Shown in pieces: positions 29,821 through 40,404 of a stretch of 64,000 nucleotides of DNA. The number at the start of each line of letters is the position of its first letter. The stretch's first letter is position 1. Origin of the DNA: Candidatus Bathyarchaeia archaeon (GTDB lineage: Archaea > Thermoproteota > Bathyarchaeia > Bathyarchaeales > Bathycorpusculaceae); assembly GCA_049516875.1 (NCBI GenBank), contig JBEKSS010000007.1, positions 160,001 through 224,000 on the forward strand, read 5' to 3'. The notes under the pieces were generated by a model. It made no database searches. It had not been told where the DNA came from and saw nothing but the letters and a program-made list of their open reading frames with translations. Made by a program: the position numbers and the translations under genes.

Positions 29821-31931
29821 TTTTTGGGCTGATCGTTCAACTTTTCAAACTTGAATGTGGATAATCTCAGCAACGCAGAGTTCGTGACAACTGTTAGTGA
29901 GCTGATGGCCATCGCTCCCGCAGCAAATATCGGGTTCATCACACCAACTGCAGCCACTGGAATCATGATCGTGTTGTATATGAACGCCCAGAACAGGTTG
30001 GTGTTGATTTTCGTCATAGTCTTCTTGCTCAATTCCACGGCTAGCGCCACGTCTCGCAAGTCATCCTTAATCAGCACTATGCCGCCGGTTTCTTTCGCGA
30101 TGTCGGTTCCGCTTCCTATAGCTATTCCAATATCTGCTTGAGCCAAAGCTGGAGCATCATTCACACCATCGCCAACCATCGCGACCGTTTTCCCTTCGCT
30201 CTGAAGTTTCTTGATTGCGTTCACTTTCTCCCAAGGGAGCACATTGGCTATCACGTGGTCAATGTTGAGTTGCTCCGCAATCGCCTTGGCAGTTCTTTCA
30301 TTGTCACCGGTCAGAATGGTCACTTCCAGTCCCATGCTTTTCAGCTTACTTACCGCCTCAACAGCATGGTCTTTGGGTGTATCCATAGCAGCAACAACAC
30401 CTGCGGGCTCACCATCCACAGCAAGAATCATCACTGTCTTGCCCTGTGCCTCGAGTCTCTCGAGGTCCTGCTCCACCTGCTTAATCGGAATTTTCTCATC
30501 CTGCATCAGTCTTTGATTTCCCAACAGTATCTTCTTGTTCTCGTAAGTGCATTTGACCCCCTGTCCTGGAACGGCCTCAAACGAGTCTGCGTCGGGAATA
30601 TCAGACTCGCCTTGACGTGCCGCTTTCATTATTGCTTCTGACAATGGATGTTCTGAGCCTTTCTCAGCAATCGCCGCAAGTTTCAAAGCTTCCTCTTCAG
30701 TGTAGCCGCTGTATACCGCGATGTCTGTGACTGACGGCTCGCCTTTTGTCAGTGTACCCGTTTTGTCAAACACAACGGTTTTCAGTTTTCGTGCTCTCTC
30801 GACATATTCGCCGCTGCGCAGGAGAATTCCGTATTCTGCACCTTTTCCCACTCCCGCCAATATGGCCGTAGGAGTGGCAATTCCCAAGGCGCATGGGCAC
30901 GCGATCAGCAGCACTGCAAGCAGTGCGAAGAATGCAGCTGAGAAGCCACTAACAACATACCAGTAACCGAAAGAGATTGCAGCAACAGAGAAAACTATCG
31001 GAACGAATTTTCCAACAACCCTATCTGCAAACTTCTGAACGGGGGCACTTGAGGCCTGTGCTTCTTCGACGAGATGCACGATCTGCGCTAAAGCTGTTTC
31101 TTCTCCAACCTTTGTTACTTTGATTCTTAGAAGCCCAGTCTTGTTCACAGTAGCGCCTATGGCTTCGCTTCCCACATTTTTCTCGACAGGTATGCTTTCC
31201 CCAGTGATTATCTTCTCATCCACCGAGGAGTAACCTGCAATCACAACCCCATCTGTTGGAATCTTTTCGCCAGGCTTAACTATGATGACATCATTCACTT
31301 GAACCTCGTCTATGGGAACATCGACTTCTTTTTCATCCTTGACCACTCTGGCAATGGTCGGTTGAAGTTCCAGCAGCTTCCGAATCGAGGCAGCTGATCT
31401 TCTCCGAATGCTCTCCTCAATGTATTTTCCGAGCAGAACAAAAGCCAATATGCCGACAGCTATCTCCAGATAGCCTTCTCCTCCCAATCCAGGGAGAAAC
31501 GCATTGAGTGCGCCATAGGTCCAGCCTGCCACGACTCCGGCTGAAACTAGCACGTCCATATTGATTGCACGATTTCTGAGAGAATTGTAGGCTCCGTGAA
31601 TGATGCTCCAGCCAGCAATCCAGACAACAGGAGTTGACACAATAAACAACGCCAGACTATAGACTGAGAGCCCGCCGATGAGTGAGAAACTCATTAACGC
31701 GGCTACTATACCGAACAAAGTCACCACTCTGAGTCCGGCCACGGCTATTACGCCCGCGAGTGTTATTGCAACCCGACGTCTCATGGCTTTCAATTCCTGT
31801 TCGGGCTGCTCGTATACGTCAGCACAGGATTGACTGCAGAAGTAGTACGTGCGGTCTCCAATCTTCCTCTTGATAGCTTTATCCTTGTCCACGTCCATAC
31901 CGCACACGGGATCTCTCGGCACTACATTCAT
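29817..31931 (-). CDS. copA: Cu(I)-translocating P1B-type ATPase with N-terminal YHS domain
   Basis: TGES, CPC, DKTGT, SEHP, GDGVND, YN, MAISS. Confidence 0.92.
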   Translation of the reverse strand: MNVVPRDPVCGMDVDKDKAIKRKIGDRTYYFCSQSCADVYEQPEQELKAMRRRVAITLAGVIAVAGLRVVTLFGIVAALMSFSLIGGLSVYSLALFIVSTPVVWIAGWSIIHGAYNSLRNRAINMDVLVSAGVVAGWTYGALNAFLPGLGGEGYLEIAVGILAFVLLGKYIEESIRRRSAASIRKLLELQPTIARVVKDEKEVDVPIDEVQVNDVIIVKPGEKIPTDGVVIAGYSSVDEKIITGESIPVEKNVGSEAIGATVNKTGLLRIKVTKVGEETALAQIVHLVEEAQASSAPVQKFADRVVGKFVPIVFSVAAISFGYWYVVSGFSAAFFALLAVLLIACPCALGIATPTAILAGVGKGAEYGILLRSGEYVERARKLKTVVFDKTGTLTKGEPSVTDIAVYSGYTEEEALKLAAIAEKGSEHPLSEAIMKAARQGESDIPDADSFEAVPGQGVKCTYENKKILLGNQRLMQDEKIPIKQVEQDLERLEAQGKTVMILAVDGEPAGVVAAMDTPKDHAVEAVSKLKSMGLEVTILTGDNERTAKAIAEQLNIDHVIANVLPWEKVNAIKKLQSEGKTVAMVGDGVNDAPALAQADIGIAIGSGTDIAKETGGIVLIKDDLRDVALAVELSKKTMTKINTNLFWAFIYNTIMIPVAAVGVMNPIFAAGAMAISSLTVVTNSALLRLSTFKFEKLNDQPKK

Positions 31932-31978
31932 CCTCCGTCATGACATTTGTAATTGCCTGTGGTTTGCGAAGTATTTAA

Positions 31979-31999
31979 ATATATCTTTTAAAGATATAT
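31979..31999. promoter_or_regulatory. Perfect palindromic operator in the copA/padR divergent promoter
   Basis: ATATATCTTT-T-AAAGATATAT. Confidence 0.65.
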
Positions 32000-32025
32000 A
32001 TTCTGAAGATAAATCTGGTGAAGAC

Positions 32026-32496
32026 ATGTCTACATACGATTTAGGCGAAATAGTCTCCGACTTCTCCGACTTCTCACGCTTCTACATTCTCACCATCCTC
32101 TACGAAGGACCACAACACGGGTACAGCATTATCAGCAAATTCAGAAAAAGAATAGGCAAAGAAATCAGTCCCAGCCTAGTTTACCCATTCCTCAGCCAAC
32201 TCGAAAAAAAAGGACTTGTAAAACATTCGTTGAAGCCGGTCGGAGAGAAGAAAAAGAAAGTCTTCGAACTGACAGAGAAGGGCAGACAACTCTGCAAGCA
32301 ATTATTCAAGCGCTTCTCAACCCTTGTCTCCGTCGCCATCGAACCAAGCCTAGAAGTGTGCGCGAGCTGCGGCTGCAAAGTCTACGAAGGCGGGCATAGA
32401 GAGACAATCAAAGGAAAAGAAATGACCTTCTGCTGCGTACACTGCGCTCAGTCGTACAAGAGAGAAACGGGGAGAAAATCCTCCCATGACCATTGA
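32026..32496 (+). CDS. PadR regulator with C-terminal TRASH metal-sensing domain
   Basis: HGY.I, SPSLVYPFL..LE..G, ELTEKG; CASCGC...FCCVHC. Confidence 0.85.
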   Translation: MSTYDLGEIVSDFSDFSRFYILTILYEGPQHGYSIISKFRKRIGKEISPSLVYPFLSQLEKKGLVKHSLKPVGEKKKKVFELTEKGRQLCKQLFKRFSTLVSVAIEPSLEVCASCGCKVYEGGHRETIKGKEMTFCCVHCAQSYKRETGRKSSHDH

Positions 32497-32508
32497 TGTT
32501 AACAGGAG

Positions 32509-32787
32509 ATGTATGAAAACATGACAGTCGAAATTATAGACATTGTTTTGCGTGTAGGATTGACCCTGGCAACGGGCTTCTTGCTTGGGATAATGTTCCT
32601 CAGCTATTGGCGCACAAGAACCCGCAAAATGCTATTCATCACCGCTGGATTCGCAGTCTTCTTCATCCATGCTCTAGTCACGATTCCAGAGCTGTTTAGT
32701 AGTGGCTATCAGATCAACGAGAATTTGCACCTTCTCATCCATCTGATAGGACTAGCCTTGATAACGATTGGCGTGCTGAAGGACTAA
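32509..32787 (+). CDS. Small three-TM membrane protein
   Basis: SYWRTR..KMLF...GF pattern; AGGAG RBS. Confidence 0.6.
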   Translation: MYENMTVEIIDIVLRVGLTLATGFLLGIMFLSYWRTRTRKMLFITAGFAVFFIHALVTIPELFSSGYQINENLHLLIHLIGLALITIGVLKD

Positions 32788-32793
32788 TGCCCC

Positions 32794-33345
32794 ATGTTCA
32801 AAGATGAAATCCTGGAGAACGAAAAAAGGAGAAGAATCTACGCCCTCATAGAGGCGAGTCCAGGCATGCATCTTCGAGAACTTCAAAGAATATTGGATAT
32901 GCCGCTGACCACGCTAGAATATCACCTCAGCTACATGAATAGGAAAAGGATCCTGTTCGCAGAAACAGAAGACCATCACAAAAGGTACTACACGAAGCCC
33001 CTTGACCCTGAAGACAAAAAAGTGCTGGCGGCATTGCGACAGAAGAGAATGAGGGAAATAGTCCTTGTCGTTCTTGAAAATGGAAAGGCCAAGTATCAAT
33101 TGCTGGCAGAACGTCTCAAACTATCGCACTCAACGCTGTCTTCTTACCTCAAGTATCTGGTCAACAAAAACATTCTTACTAAAGAGAAGATCGGCTACGA
33201 AAACCTCTACACCGTTCGGGAGGAAGACAGAGTGGCAAAAGTCTTGATAGCATACAGGCCCAGCTTCCTAGACAAACTTGTGGACAAAGCTCTAGATACA
33301 TGGATGGAAACACATTTTCTTGAAACAGAGCAAAAGCCAACATAA
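32794..33345 (+). CDS. Double winged-helix (ArsR/HTH_24-like) regulator
   Basis: R..IY..I...PG.H.REL.R.L, YHL, second HTH STLS.YL. Confidence 0.8.
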   Translation: MFKDEILENEKRRRIYALIEASPGMHLRELQRILDMPLTTLEYHLSYMNRKRILFAETEDHHKRYYTKPLDPEDKKVLAALRQKRMREIVLVVLENGKAKYQLLAERLKLSHSTLSSYLKYLVNKNILTKEKIGYENLYTVREEDRVAKVLIAYRPSFLDKLVDKALDTWMETHFLETEQKPT

Positions 33346-33593
33346 TGCACTTCGGGTATTGTACTAATCTTTTTCATGGTTCTGTCCGTCGCTTCTTATA
33401 AGCAAAGAATGAGACGTTTGGAATTGGAGGTCGAAAACAAGTCGGCGAGAACTATTCTTCAAAAGGGCTCGTCAAGGTCTGAGGCAACTTGAAGTTTTTC
33501 TTCTTCTCTCCTTTCTCCTCTTCGGCTGTTCCAGACCTTTCCGAGAACCCAAGAAGAAAAGTGCCGTGCCGACACAAACTAGGGTGAAGAAAT

Positions 33594-33773
33594 ATGGACA
33601 CACAATTGCTGATCGAAGAAAGACACGTTCTACTGAAGAGTGAACTTGACGAAAAATTGCGTGAGAAACATGCCTTAGAACTGGAGATCAGCAGACAGTT
33701 CGAGGAACTAAAGAAGTTGGAGATTTCTCTTGAAAAAAGCGCTCGCATCGCAGTAACTGATGAACAGCAATGA
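33594..33773 (+). CDS. Small coiled-coil protein, 59 aa (not in the ORF track)
   Basis: AGGGTGA RBS; MDTQLLIEERHVLLKSELDEKLREKHALELEISRQFEELKKLEISLEK heptad pattern. Confidence 0.5.
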   Translation: MDTQLLIEERHVLLKSELDEKLREKHALELEISRQFEELKKLEISLEKSARIAVTDEQQ

Positions 33774-33838
33774 TTTGTTTTTGTTCTGCCTGAAACCACC
33801 ATGTAATACAGATAATCAAGAGGGAAGTTTAGATTAGT

Positions 33839-34096
33839 ATGCATCAACATGAAGATGAAACCGATCACGGGTATGAAAGCCAATCGACAAGCAAAAGCCA
33901 CGTGCTAATGATGGCACTCTGTTGCATCCTTCCCTTGGTTGCAATAGCATCACTTTTGGCAATCTTTCCTGGAAGCCCCTACTTGCTTTTCCCTGCTGTT
34001 CTTCTATGCCCCTTATCCATGTCTCTGATGATGTTGCCAGACTGGTTGCACAGGAAAAAAGAAGCGGTGGAAAAGCATGGGCACGCAAGCCAGTAG
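33839..34096 (+). CDS. Small membrane protein of copper clusters (DUF2933-like)
   Basis: His-rich ends, H.LMM.LCC..P, LLCPL.M..MM. Confidence 0.65.
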   Translation: MHQHEDETDHGYESQSTSKSHVLMMALCCILPLVAIASLLAIFPGSPYLLFPAVLLCPLSMSLMMLPDWLHRKKEAVEKHGHASQ

Positions 34097-34201
34097 GGAA
34101 AGCATCGAGGAATAACTAATATACAGCTTTTGCAGATTCCAGTTCTTGACGTGTGTTTCTTCGACCATGATGAGAACAAATAAAATGGGCAGGGTGAGAA
34201 G

Positions 34202-34618
34202 ATGAGTTATGGAGAACGACCTACTGTTGCAGTGATTTTGTCGATCATAGGCGGAGTATTAATACTCGTTGGCGGAAGCATGGCTTTCATGATGCTTTCG
34301 TACAACAACGGCGGTTTTGGAATGATGAGCGGGTTCGGCGGTATGATGGGCGGTTACAGGGGCATGATGGATGACGTAGGCTTCCCCTACGCTATGTTGG
34401 ACGGATTGATGCTCGTGAGTTTAGTGTCGGGAATTCTAGTGATTGTCGGAGCTGTGATGATTGACATATATCCATCCCAAAGTAGAACATGGGGGATAAT
34501 AGTGTTAATCTTTTCCATAGTCAGCTTCGTCGGAATGGGAGGCTTCTTGATAGGAGCAGTCTTAGGAGTAGCTGGCGGAGCACTAGCACTAAGCTGGAAA
34601 GCAAAACCCAAAGCGTAG
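34202..34618 (+). CDS. Membrane protein with Met/Gly-rich loop
   Basis: LSIIGGVLIL, GMMSGFGGMMGG, GGFLIGAVLG..GG.LAL. Confidence 0.65.
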   Translation: MSYGERPTVAVILSIIGGVLILVGGSMAFMMLSYNNGGFGMMSGFGGMMGGYRGMMDDVGFPYAMLDGLMLVSLVSGILVIVGAVMIDIYPSQSRTWGIIVLIFSIVSFVGMGGFLIGAVLGVAGGALALSWKAKPKA

Positions 34619-35034
34619 AAGGCATAACACACCCATATTCGCTAACAAGCTCTTCTGTAAAAGACAGGCTCTATTAAATGCTCTTCCTGAAGGCATTCTC
34701 AATCTTAGACACGGGATTTTCCTTTTACCATTTACACTGCTTCCTTGCCCCAATTTCCATGCCCTTCACATGTCGTGTACCCGATATGATTGGGAATTCC
34801 AGAAAAACTGGAGTTGTTACGCATTGTTACACATAAATTGTTACAAAAGTCCATCAAAAATCGTTAAGTCTCCTATTGCGCGCGCTATGACAAAGCGGCG
34901 CGCACTGAGCAGTAACGTTCGTTTGTTACCACAACTTTGCCGCTTTGCAGCGTAGCAACACACGTTCAACCGTTTAGCGTGCTATCATGCTCCACAGATA
35001 AGACTAATAAAAAGACTGAGATACAGATGCATTC

Positions 35035-35673
35035 ATGAACAAGGAGATTGGCGAGATCGCTGATTTTGTGCATGGCTATCTTGTTGAGACTGGCAAGAAG
35101 GATTTGCAGAGCGTTGCTGGGCCCGAGTATCGTTGGGAACACACTTTACGTGTGGCTCAGTGGGCGGTCAAGTTGGCGATTGAGGAGAAGGCTGATGTCA
35201 AGACGTGCGTTGTGGCTGCTCTTTTCCATGATGTTTCTCATTTTGTTTCAGAAGACTATCGCAAGCATGGAATAAAGAGTGGAGAGATCGCCCGAGAGTT
35301 TCTGTCGAAGAAAGGTTACTTGAAGAGTTTCGTTGACAACGTCGTTTATGCTGTTGAATGTCACGTTTCAGAGCCCAACCCCAAAACAGCTGAGGCAAAG
35401 ATTCTTCAAGATTCTGACACGCTGGACAGGTTTGGATACGTCCGAATTCTTCAGTTCGGAAAAACGGCTGAACTCTCGAACCTCAAGAATCTTGAGCAGA
35501 AGATCTGCCAATCTCTTGCCTACTTGGACAGGCTTGAGAAGGGAGAATACGGCCCGATGTGGACGAAAACCGGTGAAGCGAAACTGAAAACGCTTCTGGA
35601 CTTGAACAGAACCCTTCAGAAAGGCGTTCTCGAAGAACTAAGGAGCACCCAAATCCCAGACGTGGAAACCTAG
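35035..35673 (+). CDS. HD-domain phosphohydrolase
   Basis: HTLRV, ALFHD, H, QDSDTLD. Confidence 0.85.
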   Translation: MNKEIGEIADFVHGYLVETGKKDLQSVAGPEYRWEHTLRVAQWAVKLAIEEKADVKTCVVAALFHDVSHFVSEDYRKHGIKSGEIAREFLSKKGYLKSFVDNVVYAVECHVSEPNPKTAEAKILQDSDTLDRFGYVRILQFGKTAELSNLKNLEQKICQSLAYLDRLEKGEYGPMWTKTGEAKLKTLLDLNRTLQKGVLEELRSTQIPDVET

Positions 35674-35933
35674 CACGTTGCTTTCCCGCACGGGCTATTT
35701 ACTCGCATGTTTGCGCTTTGATCCAGCTCACGCCAACAACCTCAATGACAGCTTGAAGGGCTTCGCAGGGACTTTTCTTGACTAAGCCTTTTGTCACAAT
35801 CTAAATTTTGAGACCTCCTAGAGCAATGTTGAAAGCAACATCAATTGTTACAGACGACTTAGGCCGCTTTTCATGAAGAATCAACGGAGCCTCTCAGAGC
35901 AACGCTTTTAAGAAATGAAAGGGACTTTTACGG

Positions 35934-36554
35934 TTGATTTTCATGTTCTTTAAACAGATCAAGTATCGCGGCGACAACTTCACCTACATCATAGCTGATG
36001 AGGCTTCCGGAGAAGTAGCAGTCATTGATCCCAGCTTCAACGTCGACGCAGTGATTCTTATCCTTAAAGACCAGAGTTTCAATTTGAAATACATCATCAA
36101 CACTCACGGTCACACTGACCACACGGCGGGAAATGAGGAACTCAAATCAGTCTTCCACTCAAAAATAATTGCTCACAAGCTCTCGCACGTCAACCAGGAC
36201 ATCAGCGTCGTCGACGGCGACACCATCCGCCTGGGCACCGTAACAATCAAGGTCATCCATACGCCTGGCCACACACCTGACAGCATCTGCCTCCTAACCG
36301 ACGGCAAACTGCTCACAGGCGACACCCTCTTCGTGGGCGAATGCGGCCGGACCGACCTCCCCGGCGGCAGCGCCAAAGACCTGTACACCAGCCTCCTCCA
36401 AAAAATAGCAAAATTAGACGACAACCTCGAAGTCTACCCCGGCCACGACTACGGTCCCTTTCCAAACTCAACAATCGCCAAAGAAAAACAAACAAACTAC
36501 ACCCTCCAAAACCGGACCCTCCAACAATTCATCCAATTCATGCAACAACCCTAA
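35934..36554 (+). CDS. Metallo-beta-lactamase-fold hydrolase (glyoxalase II-like)
   Basis: THGHTDH, TPGHT, TGDTLF, GRTDL, PGHDY. Confidence 0.9.
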   Translation: MIFMFFKQIKYRGDNFTYIIADEASGEVAVIDPSFNVDAVILILKDQSFNLKYIINTHGHTDHTAGNEELKSVFHSKIIAHKLSHVNQDISVVDGDTIRLGTVTIKVIHTPGHTPDSICLLTDGKLLTGDTLFVGECGRTDLPGGSAKDLYTSLLQKIAKLDDNLEVYPGHDYGPFPNSTIAKEKQTNYTLQNRTLQQFIQFMQQP

Positions 36555-36569
36555 AACACAAAACCGAAC

Positions 36570-36696
36570 TTTTGACACTCAAAAACCTCGTAGAATTGAG
36601 TAAAAAAACCTTCAAACCGACATGCTTCAACAATGTTTTGACACTCAAAGAAATCACGAATTGAGTACTCAAAAGCAAGGGCTCGAACCCCAACAT
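36570..36696 (+). repeat. Dispersed ~127-bp element, copy 1
   Basis: Collinear with the reverse complement of 41976-42104; 39-bp identical core at 36635-36673. Confidence 0.85.
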
Positions 36697-36770
36697 TCAC
36701 ACTGTAAGCTTTAAAGACAAGCAAATCATATCACGAAACAGCGCAAGATGGAAAGAACCGCGGGTAAAAC

Positions 36771-38222
36771 ATGGGCGACAAAACCGCTTCTTACGTTCTC
36801 GAAACCGAGGTTCCCAACAACTACATAGGAAACATGCTCGACTTCATCTACCAAAAATACCTACTCGCCCAAAAACAGCGTTTCATCAACATCTCCAGAT
36901 CCACCGAAAACAGCGAATCAACCATCAACTACGACGTGGCCGACAAACAGGGAAAACGCAGCCTCAACGTCACAATCAACGGCAGCAACCCGTTAAAAAT
37001 CAAAATAACCCCCCTAAGCGAAACCGTCACTCCGCAGGCGATAGAAGAAGCCCGACAGGACGTTGCCATCGGAGTCGACTACTTCGAGGAACAAGTCAGA
37101 CAGAGCACCCTCTTCTTCGCGTGGCGAGAAGGAGAAGAAATAGTCCCAGAAATAGTTTCCAAAAAACAGAAAAAACCCCTCAACCGACTGTTCCTGGAAA
37201 CCCAAATCCTCCTATTCGTCATCTTCACCACCGTAGGCCTGTTCCTCTTCCTACTCCTCTACAGCCTGAGCTACGGCTGGATAGCCCCCCTCGCGATTCT
37301 GGCAATCCAACTTCCCATCGTCTTCTACTCCAACAAGATCATCGAGAGGACAGCAGACTGGCGCATAACTAAGAACAACCCCAGCATCCACCTGCTCGAA
37401 TACCGCATACCACTCGGAGAACAAGAAAACTTCAAGAAAAACTATCCCCGTGACAAACTGATGAATATAAAGAAAGAAGTGTACGAGCAAAGCATCCTCA
37501 AGAAAGGAGAAATAGACTGCGAAACCACCGGCCAAATCTTCAACAAGTACGGCCTCGAGTGCAGCCCGGAAAACCTGTCAGCAAAAAAAGTCAACGTCTA
37601 CCAGCTCGTGGAGAACACCCGCCAGAAATTCGGTTTTCCCATGCCAAGAATCGTCGTGTCAAACACCATGCTCCCCAACGCGGCAGCCTCAGGACCCAGC
37701 CCAAGCCGCGGAACCGTCCTCATCACCACAGGCCTCCTCGCCCAACTGAACGAAGACGAAATAATAAGCGTCCTGGGACACGAGTTCGGCCACCTGAAAG
37801 GACGCGACCCCCTCCTCCTCTTCGGCCTGATGTCAACCGAGTTTCTCTTCCGATTCTACGTGCTCCTACCCCTAATCCCCCTGCTCTTCAACACACTACT
37901 CTTCTTCGTATACTTCTGGGCCGTCATGATTCTCATATTCTTCATAGCCAAATTCTTCGAAGCAAGAGCAGACCTCACATCCGCCATAGTCATCCGGCAA
38001 CCTAAAGTCCTAGCCGAAGCCCTCGAAAAAATAGGATTCAAACGCCTGCTGTTCGAACGCATACCCTCCTATCGCATTCAAGAGTGGATAAGCCTGGACC
38101 CACACCCGCCCATCTACTTCCGAGTCAACCGGCTCAGAAAACTCCAAGACACAACCAACATAAAATATCCGCTCTTTCAATCGGCCAAGGAAGTGACCAG
38201 AGGCTTCCTCGACACGCTGTAG
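36771..38222 (+). CDS. htpX: HtpX/M48 zinc metalloprotease with long N-terminal extension
   Basis: PNAAA.G, TTGLL..L...E...VLGHEFGH, FEARAD, HPP...R. Confidence 0.8.
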   Translation: MGDKTASYVLETEVPNNYIGNMLDFIYQKYLLAQKQRFINISRSTENSESTINYDVADKQGKRSLNVTINGSNPLKIKITPLSETVTPQAIEEARQDVAIGVDYFEEQVRQSTLFFAWREGEEIVPEIVSKKQKKPLNRLFLETQILLFVIFTTVGLFLFLLLYSLSYGWIAPLAILAIQLPIVFYSNKIIERTADWRITKNNPSIHLLEYRIPLGEQENFKKNYPRDKLMNIKKEVYEQSILKKGEIDCETTGQIFNKYGLECSPENLSAKKVNVYQLVENTRQKFGFPMPRIVVSNTMLPNAAASGPSPSRGTVLITTGLLAQLNEDEIISVLGHEFGHLKGRDPLLLFGLMSTEFLFRFYVLLPLIPLLFNTLLFFVYFWAVMILIFFIAKFFEARADLTSAIVIRQPKVLAEALEKIGFKRLLFERIPSYRIQEWISLDPHPPIYFRVNRLRKLQDTTNIKYPLFQSAKEVTRGFLDTL

Positions 38223-38298
38223 TCTTGCGCGACAGAGGAAGGCATCCATCGGCGAAGACAAAATGGAGTTGCAGCAAAGTTCATGTCTCACAGGCCTT

Positions 38299-38604
38299 TC
38301 AGACGTTAACCAGAATCTGTTCTCCTTCTATTTTCGTTTGATAAGCAGGTTCAGGTTTCTTTGCGGGTCCCTTCACCACGCTTCCAGTCTTAGCGTCAAA
38401 AATCGAACCGTGACACGCACACGTTACGTTTCCTCCTTCAAGCGTGCCGTCGGAAAGCACACAGCTCATGTGAGTGCAGCGGTTTCCAATAGCGTAGTAG
38501 TTGCCCTCCAAGTTGATGACAGCAACTTCCTTGCCACCGGCCTCCACGCCAATCATATGACCTGGCTCCAAATCCTTCGCAGAGGCGACTTTCACAAACG
38601 CCAT
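38299..38604 (-). CDS. Rieske-type [2Fe-2S] ferredoxin
   Basis: CTH...CACHGS.FD..TG.V..GP. Confidence 0.88.
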   Translation of the reverse strand: MAFVKVASAKDLEPGHMIGVEAGGKEVAVINLEGNYYAIGNRCTHMSCVLSDGTLEGGNVTCACHGSIFDAKTGSVVKGPAKKPEPAYQTKIEGEQILVNV

Positions 38605-38858
38605 CCCAGCTCACCTCCTGAACATTCTCCAAACGCGTTAAGCAACAACCCGAAACAACCATATAAAAGCTTGCCATTTTCCGTCGTGAATCAAAAAACA
38701 GCCTTTATTCCTGCTTTTCCACATAGAATAAGGACGATGTCAGCAGTAAACCTTTTTATACAAGGCCCCTCTCTAATTGCCTGTCACATTAATTCATGCT
38801 TACATCAAAGCTTTTGAAAGCTTTCAGGAATTGCATGCAAAATTTTGTGGCAGGAGAA

Positions 38859-39977
38859 ATGAAACATATGCAAATACAGTACTTTAAAGACTTGCCACTG
38901 AGTCCAGAAGTGATGAAGGGCATCGAGGAGCTTGGGTTCACCGATCTTTTTCCGATTCAGGCTCAGGCCATAACTCCATTACTTGAGGGCAAGGATGTTA
39001 TTGGACAAGCGCAAACCGGAACTGGCAAAACTGCCGCTTTCGGGATTCCAATGATTGAACGCTTAGACCCAAGAGACAACAGGGTCCAAGGGTTAGTCTT
39101 GGAGCCAACACGCGAACTTGCTGAACAAGTTGCAGAACACATACGCCGATTCGGCAAGTACGCAGGGTTCAGGGTTTTGCCAGTCTACGGCGGCGAATCG
39201 ATTCAGAAACAAATAGGGACTCTTGAAAGGGGTGTTCAAATCGTGGTGGGCACGCCAGGACGCATAATAGACCTGATTGAGAGGCGCATGCTAAACCTGG
39301 CACACGTGAAAATCGTCGTGTTAGACGAGGCTGACAGGATGCTTGACATGGGTTTCATGGAAGACGTAGAATACATACTTTCGCAAGTGCCAACCAACAG
39401 GCAGACCAGCCTCTTTTCAGCGACAATAGACCAGACGGTCATGAACGTGTGCCACAGGTACATGAAGAACCCTGAGAAAATACTTGTGAGCAAGGACGAA
39501 ATAGCTCTGACACAGATTCACCAGTACTACACGGTTGTGAACCCCCGCAGCAAGTTTGAAAGCCTCTGCAACATACTCGACGCAAACCACATAGGGCGAG
39601 CCATAATCTTCTGCAAGACCAGAACGGAAACAAGCTTCTTAGCCGACAAGTTGAGAGCGCAGGGATACGATGCAAAGCCTTTGCACGCTGGTTTCACTCA
39701 GCCGCAGAGGACCTATGTTATAGACTGTTTCAGGAGAGGAAAACTGAAACTGCTCGTTGCAACCGATGTTGCAGCACGAGGCTTAGACATTCAGGGAATC
39801 ACGCACATAATCAACTATGATGTGCCGTTAGACGCCTTGGTCTATTTCCATAGAATTGGAAGAACGGCAAGGATGGGACTGGAAGGCACGGCCATAACGC
39901 TGGTGGGCTACGGAGAACTGCCGGAGTTGGAGCAGATAAAGGCTTTGACCAAGACCAACATAGAGGAAATCGAGTAG
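38859..39977 (+). CDS. DEAD-box RNA helicase (core only)
   Basis: Q motif, AQTGTGKT, PTRELA, DEAD, SAT, HRIGRTAR. Confidence 0.92.
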   Translation: MKHMQIQYFKDLPLSPEVMKGIEELGFTDLFPIQAQAITPLLEGKDVIGQAQTGTGKTAAFGIPMIERLDPRDNRVQGLVLEPTRELAEQVAEHIRRFGKYAGFRVLPVYGGESIQKQIGTLERGVQIVVGTPGRIIDLIERRMLNLAHVKIVVLDEADRMLDMGFMEDVEYILSQVPTNRQTSLFSATIDQTVMNVCHRYMKNPEKILVSKDEIALTQIHQYYTVVNPRSKFESLCNILDANHIGRAIIFCKTRTETSFLADKLRAQGYDAKPLHAGFTQPQRTYVIDCFRRGKLKLLVATDVAARGLDIQGITHIINYDVPLDALVYFHRIGRTARMGLEGTAITLVGYGELPELEQIKALTKTNIEEIE

Positions 39978-40109
39978 AACCTTACGACGGCACGGCATTT
40001 ATAAGGAACGGCTACACATTATAACATCGCGGTAGCGTTCTGTTCTTGAACGGAAAACAGAGACACAACGCTACACAGAACAACCAAAAAACAAAAGGGA
40101 GTGAGAAAA

Positions 40110-40397
40110 ATGGCGGAAAATCAGAAGACTGTTTTCATTGGCAGGAAACCAGCGATGAGCTACGTATTGGCGATCATCACAAGCCTCTCAGCAAGCAACT
40201 CGAAGGAAATAACCTTGAAAGCACGCGGGCAAGCGATAACGACGGCTGTTGATGTTGCGGAAATCACGAGAAGCCGCTTCCTAAAAGACTTGAAAGTCAG
40301 CAAGATCGCCATAGGAACGGAGCAGATGCCACCTCGAGAAGGAGAAAACAGTGCAAGAATGGTTTCTACAATGGAAATAACGCTGGCGAAAGAGTAG
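40110..40397 (+). CDS. albA: DNA/RNA-binding protein Alba
   Basis: VFIGRKP.M.YVLA, KARG.AI..AVDVAE, VSTMEI.L. Confidence 0.9.
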   Translation: MAENQKTVFIGRKPAMSYVLAIITSLSASNSKEITLKARGQAITTAVDVAEITRSRFLKDLKVSKIAIGTEQMPPREGENSARMVSTMEITLAKE

Positions 40398-40404
40398 AAA
40401 AACA

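Noticed and set aside
34797-34813. TTCCAG motif as an ORB/replication origin
   Set aside because: No full ORB with G-string, no repetition, no cdc6/orc1 in the window.
36570-36673. Mini-CRISPR reading of the ~31-bp units with 66-bp period
   Set aside because: Only two degenerate units per locus, the intervening sequence is homologous between loci rather than unique, and no cas genes are present.
38263-38817. 184-aa plus-strand ORF and other long antisense ORFs
   Set aside because: Shadows of well-supported genes on the opposite strand (here the Rieske ferredoxin).
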